DNA of 64,000 nt, taken from positions 1,722,398 through 1,786,397 of the forward strand of contig OZ241363.1 in NCBI GenBank assembly GCA_965200575.1. Reading direction: 5' to 3'. The DNA is from Thermoanaerobaculia bacterium. Lineage in GTDB: Bacteria; Acidobacteriota; Thermoanaerobaculia; Multivoradales; Multivoraceae. Of this stretch, positions 57,790 to 64,000 are shown one piece after another. Under the pieces are notes generated by a model. That model was given only the letters and a program-made list of their open reading frames with translations, ran no database searches and had not been told where the DNA came from. Position 1 is the stretch's first letter; each line of letters begins with the position of its first letter. The translations under genes were made by a program, and so were the position numbers.

Positions 57790-58486
57790 CGGATCCGGCG
57801 CAGCTTCCCGCGCCCGGGATCGTGCATGTCCACGGCCCCCAAGGCGCCTCCTGAACGAGCGTCCGAATCTCGGGCCAGGCGATCAGCAGCGCGCACAGCA
57901 TGCCGAGACGATCGGCATTCCGCTCGACCAGAACGAGAAGGCAGGCATCCGACGAGTGAACGGCCGCGAGTTCGGACCGGCGGCGCCGGATGCCACGGCC
58001 CCTGGTCACCAGCACATGACCTTCCGCGGCCTGCTCGCGAATCCATGTCTCGTCCGGAACCAGCCGTTGCGGCGGATGGACCTTGTCGTGCGCACGGGCC
58101 CTGACTCCCACCGTGCATGGCGCCCTCGGGACGGCCTTGCCAACCGTGCGGTCGAGGAAGAACGTTGCACCCGCAGCCGTGCCGCTCTTCGTCGCCACGG
58201 TTCGCACTCTGCCTGATTCCGGGCAAGCCCGGGGCCCTGGCACGCCGTACCGCCGGCAGGTCGCCAGGAACCGGGCCTCGACCAGGTTGAAGAAGTTGAG
58301 CGGCGGGGCGCCGGCATGATCCCGGTCCGGTCCAGGGATGGCCCCGGGCCTCCGGGTCTGCCGCGGAACCAGGCCCGCAACGTCCCGGTCGGCACGCCGA
58401 CCACGAGTCCGCAAGGCTGTAGCGCGGCTGCTGTCCGAAGCATGGCAGTGCTCCGGTTCATTCTTCGGGCAGCCGAGCCCGGCCAA
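57790..58486 (-). pseudogene. possible decayed gene / insertion-element remnant (no intact ORF)
   Basis: ~1 kb without a clean ORF in a genome that otherwise codes at >90%. The minus frame gives protein-like fragments (NFFNLVEARFLATCRRYGVPG, RLVPDETWIREQAAEGHVLVTRG, ELAAVHSSDACLLVLVERNADRLGMLCALLIAWPEIRTL) of unrecognised family. Confidence 0.2.
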
Positions 58487-58783
58487 CTTCTGAAGGGCGA
58501 AGCCCAGCGTGGCAGGCTGTCGGCCTTGCCGGAGGACGAATCAAGCTGACCGGGCCCGCAACCTGGCGAAAGCAGGGGAATAGGGGCGAGCGCAACGTTC
58601 GCGAAGCGACCGCGCCGTGGTGCGTGACGCGGTGAAGTACGGGCGGCCTTCTCCCGGCCCCCAGATTCTGCATGGCGGCGTTCTGGCGTCGCCAACAGGC
58701 TGCCGCACTCTTGCGTCGCTGCACGGACCGGGCCGAGACACGGTGCAAGATGGCGCGTCAGCCCGGCCCTGGCCCGGCTTCTC

Positions 58784-61246
58784 TCAGCCCTGTTGGTCGG
58801 TGCGCAACTCCGCGAGCAGCTGCACGAGGGTGGCTCGGACGGTCTCGATCTCGGCTTCGGTGAGGTAGGGATCGAGCAGGTCGAGGGCTTCCAGGACAGG
58901 CTCCGCTTCCACTGAATCGACGAGTGCCCGGAGCGACCGGATCTGACGCTCGCCGAGACGGATGAGGGCGGGGCGGATCTCGTCGAGCGTCAGGTCGGGC
59001 GCAGCGGTCGCCGGGGTCCGACGCTGCACTGCCTTGGCGAGCTCGATCTGGAGGGCGAACCAGGCTCGCACCGGCACCGGATTCAGGCCGAAATGGACCG
59101 CGTTCCGCTCCGCGGCCTCCAGCACGACTTCCTCTCGCGCCGGGTCGGCCACCGGCAGGCCGCGTGCCGCCTTGAACGCCGCGACAAACGGCATGAAGGC
59201 CAGACGGCGAGCGGTCAGGTCGAGCAGGTGGTCGAGTTCGCCACGGTCGCTGCCGACGCCGAACCACTCCTCGCGGCGGGCCTTGATCCAGCGCTCGTTG
59301 CGCCGGACCCACTGGTCCACCAGCGGACCCAGGTCATCTGCCTTGCCCGGCGCGATCCAGAGTGTCTTGCGGTCCAGCGGCGGCTCGCAAGCGCTCCGCC
59401 AGCCGGGGCGTCCGAAGTGCTCGACCTCGAACGAGTCCGTGACGAAGGCGTCGACCTCGCCGCGCTCGAGCCGACCGGGAAGCGACAGATTGTCGTCCAC
59501 GGCGAGAATCTCGCTTTCGCCACCGCCCAGGCGTTCCCTCGTCCAGCGCTCCAGGATGCCGCCCCGGTTCACGGCCACACGGCCCGGCGGCGCCGGCGCG
59601 TCGGCTGCGGACACCACGCACGGCCCGCCCGCCGCCACGGCACGGCTCATCCAGCCGACCACCGCACGGCTCGCCCGCCAGGTCACGCCGCTCATCGCCA
59701 GGTCGAAGTCGTCCGAAGCCACCGCCTCGGCCAGATCGGGCCAGTCGAACGGCCGGAACTCGAGATCGTAACCGAGGTCGGCGGCCAGTCGCTCCGCAAC
59801 CTCGATGTCGAAGCCGCTGCGCCGCCCCTCCACGCTCTCGGCAGCTGGCACGTCCACGTGACGCTGCCCGACCTCGGAATCGGCGGCATCTCGACGGTCA
59901 TCCGCGGTCGCAGAAGCCGCGCCGGCCCGGGACGCGCTGTCGTCCGTTGGCGAAACGACCGAGAACGGCGGATAGTCGCCGCTGGTGCCCACCCGAAGCA
60001 CCGGCCTTGTCGGCGGGCCGACAGGCGCCGCGGCCGCGGCCCTGTCGAGCTCGGCGGTCGTGAAGCGCACGGCGGCCACCCATGGCGCCTCGCCGGCCGT
60101 GAAGTGGCCGTAGGTCGTGGTCACGAACGTCCCGTCGGGCAGGAGCTCCAGACCGGGGTAGGCGGTGTCCGCGGCGTAGCGGTTATCCATCAGGCGGATG
60201 CGGACCTCGCCCGCCTGCGGCGCGCGCTCGCCCCGCTGCAGGTCCTCGTAGCGGCCAAGCCAGCCGACCCAGTCGCCGTACCAGGGGCTCTCCGGCGCAC
60301 GGTCGCGGAAGGTGACGAAGAGCCGCCCGTCCGGCGCGTACCGTGCGACGTGCCGGTCGCCTGTGAGCGACTCGGGGAGCTCGACCGGGCGGCTCCAGGT
60401 GCGTCCCTCGTCCCGCGAGAAGACAACGAAGGAGCGGAAGCGACGGCTGTTCTCGCGCAGCAGGACGGCGATCTCGGTGCCGTCCGGCGAACGGACGAGG
60501 CCCGGTTCGCACAGGTGGGCTTCGGGGTGTGCCGCGATGACCTCCGGCTCGGACCAGGTGAGCCCGTCGTCGAGCGAGATCGTCTTGTAGACCCGGAATC
60601 TTGACTCAAGGCCCGGCGACTGCTCGCCGCGCCCCGTCGCCCGGTGCAGGTAGCGCCCGTCGTCGTGAAACAGCGCCATCAGCTCGGCGTCCACGCTGCG
60701 CAGCCGTTCGACGGAGGACATCGCGACGATGCCGCCGAAGTGACCGATGGGTTCGAGCTCGGTCCAGGTGCTCCCGTCGTCGTCGGAGTGCGCCATCCGC
60801 ACCGGGTACATGCCAGAGAACAGCAGCAGGCGCCGGCCGCCGCCCGGCAGGTCGACCGGGAAGACGGTCGGCGTCTCCATCGACGTCGCCCAGGAGGCCG
60901 GGGTCGGCAGCCGCTCGCTCCACGTGAGACCGCCGTCGTGGCTGCGCTTCATCACGATGGCGCCGGCGCCGTGGCCCTTCGGGTACACCGCCAGGATGGA
61001 GCGTTCGTCTGGCAGCAGAACAGTCGTCGGATGGCCCAGGTACTGCCCCGGTTCGCGGTCGACGACGACCTGGCGATGCGTCTGGGCGGCCCAGTCGATC
61101 CAGCGGAGGCTCGAACCATCGCCGCCGCCGCAGCCGAGCGCCGCCACCAGCAGGAAGAGCACCGGGGCCGGCAGCAGCGAGAGCCGACCCAGCGCCGGCT
61201 GCGACGCGACGCCCCTGCCGAACCGCAGTCGCCCGAAAGCCATCAC
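58784..61246 (-). CDS. tri-domain lipoprotein: BNR/Asp-box sialidase-like repeats + PheC-like periplasmic solute-binding (cyclohexadienyl dehydratase-like) domain + AroQ chorismate mutase
   Basis: 820 aa; lipobox LVAALGCGG. Four Asp-box motifs ([36 protein letters not shown]). Middle [14 protein letters not shown]...[15 protein letters not shown]...FDLAMSGVT is SBP family 3 / PheC-like. C-terminal [37 protein letters not shown]...[13 protein letters not shown] is AroQ-like. Confidence 0.65.
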   Translation of the reverse strand: MMAFGRLRFGRGVASQPALGRLSLLPAPVLFLLVAALGCGGGDGSSLRWIDWAAQTHRQVVVDREPGQYLGHPTTVLLPDERSILAVYPKGHGAGAIVMKRSHDGGLTWSERLPTPASWATSMETPTVFPVDLPGGGRRLLLFSGMYPVRMAHSDDDGSTWTELEPIGHFGGIVAMSSVERLRSVDAELMALFHDDGRYLHRATGRGEQSPGLESRFRVYKTISLDDGLTWSEPEVIAAHPEAHLCEPGLVRSPDGTEIAVLLRENSRRFRSFVVFSRDEGRTWSRPVELPESLTGDRHVARYAPDGRLFVTFRDRAPESPWYGDWVGWLGRYEDLQRGERAPQAGEVRIRLMDNRYAADTAYPGLELLPDGTFVTTTYGHFTAGEAPWVAAVRFTTAELDRAAAAAPVGPPTRPVLRVGTSGDYPPFSVVSPTDDSASRAGAASATADDRRDAADSEVGQRHVDVPAAESVEGRRSGFDIEVAERLAADLGYDLEFRPFDWPDLAEAVASDDFDLAMSGVTWRASRAVVGWMSRAVAAGGPCVVSAADAPAPPGRVAVNRGGILERWTRERLGGGESEILAVDDNLSLPGRLERGEVDAFVTDSFEVEHFGRPGWRSACEPPLDRKTLWIAPGKADDLGPLVDQWVRRNERWIKARREEWFGVGSDRGELDHLLDLTARRLAFMPFVAAFKAARGLPVADPAREEVVLEAAERNAVHFGLNPVPVRAWFALQIELAKAVQRRTPATAAPDLTLDEIRPALIRLGERQIRSLRALVDSVEAEPVLEALDLLDPYLTEAEIETVRATLVQLLAELRTDQQG

Positions 61247-61971
61247 GATTCGCCGACGTTCTTCAGCGCTTCGCGGCGGCTCAGCGGACTCAGGCGCTCC
61301 TCGTTTTCGCCCACGAACCGCCGGACCTCATCCGCATCGTGCCAGGCAAGGTCGCGCAGCGCCCAGCCGATGGCCTTGCGAATGAAGAACTCGCCCCCGA
61401 AGCGCGAACCGAGGAGGTTCTCGCCGATCGTCGCGCGGAGCAGCTCAAGGTCCGTTTCGCCCTTTCGCTTGAGCTGGCAGATGATGGATGCCCGGCGCTT
61501 CCACATGTCCGGGCAGCGGCTCCAGGTCCGCATCCGCCGCGCCATCGGCTTCGGATGACGCTCGACAAGCTCCCGCAACCGGTGGCTCGCCAGCGCGTCG
61601 ACGTAGTCCCACCACGCCCCGGTCACGATCATCTCCTCGAACACGGGCAGCGCCCGCATGTTGCGCAGCAAGCGATAGGCCCGCCAGCCGCTCAGGTCGA
61701 TGGCGGCATGGCGCTCCTCGCGGCGACCCGCGGTGCGCCAAAGGGCGAGCACCGTGGCCCGCCACTCCTCAAACCCCTCCAGTGGATGCGCGGCAAACAG
61801 CCCGCGCCCGATCTTCCGCAACTCCGGCGTCGTCACGCCCCAGAATGGCATCGCCGACTTCATGTAGCGCTGCTGCCCCTCCGCCCGCACCGGGTCCGCA
61901 GCAGCTTCGAGCGCACTCCGCAGCTCGGCAATCAACGCCACGCCGGCAGGCGGCACCAGCAACTCCCCCAC
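61243..61971 (-). CDS. DNA alkylation repair protein (AlkD-like HEAT-repeat glycosylase family)
   Basis: [26 protein letters not shown] matches the PF08713 N-terminal pattern; 242 aa. Confidence 0.7.
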   Translation of the reverse strand: MGELLVPPAGVALIAELRSALEAAADPVRAEGQQRYMKSAMPFWGVTTPELRKIGRGLFAAHPLEGFEEWRATVLALWRTAGRREERHAAIDLSGWRAYRLLRNMRALPVFEEMIVTGAWWDYVDALASHRLRELVERHPKPMARRMRTWSRCPDMWKRRASIICQLKRKGETDLELLRATIGENLLGSRFGGEFFIRKAIGWALRDLAWHDADEVRRFVGENEERLSPLSRREALKNVGES

Positions 61972-61995
61972 TCCGGCAAACTACCAGCGCGGGCT

Positions 61996-64000
<2,005 letters not shown>

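Noticed and set aside
57790-58486. Intact IS/transposase gene
   Set aside because: No continuous ORF and no identifiable inverted repeats. Peptide fragments are suggestive of a decayed gene but cannot be assigned to an IS family by eye.

Overview
This is a ~70% GC bacterial chromosomal segment, densely coding on both strands. Several families point to an Acidobacteriota-, Gemmatimonadota- or PVC-like organism: a PVC-type heme-binding CxxCH dehydrogenase, an acidobacterial-type VWFA domain protein, and DUF4159/DUF4175 genes in a MoxR cluster. I found no rRNA, tRNA, cas genes or intact IS element.

Recognisable housekeeping content includes dnaE, comEC, miaA and a glutathione trio (chaC-like, gshB, gor). 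There is also an acyl-CoA carboxylase beta subunit, a pair of adjacent acyl-CoA dehydrogenases plus an enoyl-CoA hydratase, an AGPS-like FAD oxidase, a DUF368 polyprenyl-phosphate transporter-like protein, and a tandem pair of isocitrate/isopropylmalate dehydrogenase paralogs next to a TPP enzyme.

The most notable features are:
- A ~16-17 kb minus-strand MoxR-DUF58-BatA/vWA 'aerotolerance-like' super-operon (16588-32610, possibly extending to 34019). It is extended by two DUF4159 paralogs, a 1238-aa DUF4175 low-complexity protein, a 939-aa TPR protein carrying a HExxH-E zinc-peptidase motif, and a legumain (C13)-like protein whose catalytic Cys is replaced by Ser.
- A probable selenocysteine-containing Bcp-type peroxiredoxin (48954-49466). 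It has an in-frame UGA exactly at the peroxidatic Cys position, followed 16 nt later by a SECIS-like hairpin.
- An 820-aa lipoprotein (58784-61246) that fuses BNR/sialidase-like repeats, a PheC-like (cyclohexadienyl dehydratase) solute-binding fold and a C-terminal AroQ chorismate mutase.
- A ParD/ParE-like toxin-antitoxin pair (53452-53902).
- A ~1 kb ORF-poor stretch with protein-like fragments, possibly a decayed gene or IS remnant (57779-58783).
- A perfect 37-bp hairpin-containing direct repeat (two copies) upstream of miaA (36802-36912).

All functional calls are from reading the translated ORFs and motifs by eye. No database search was run.
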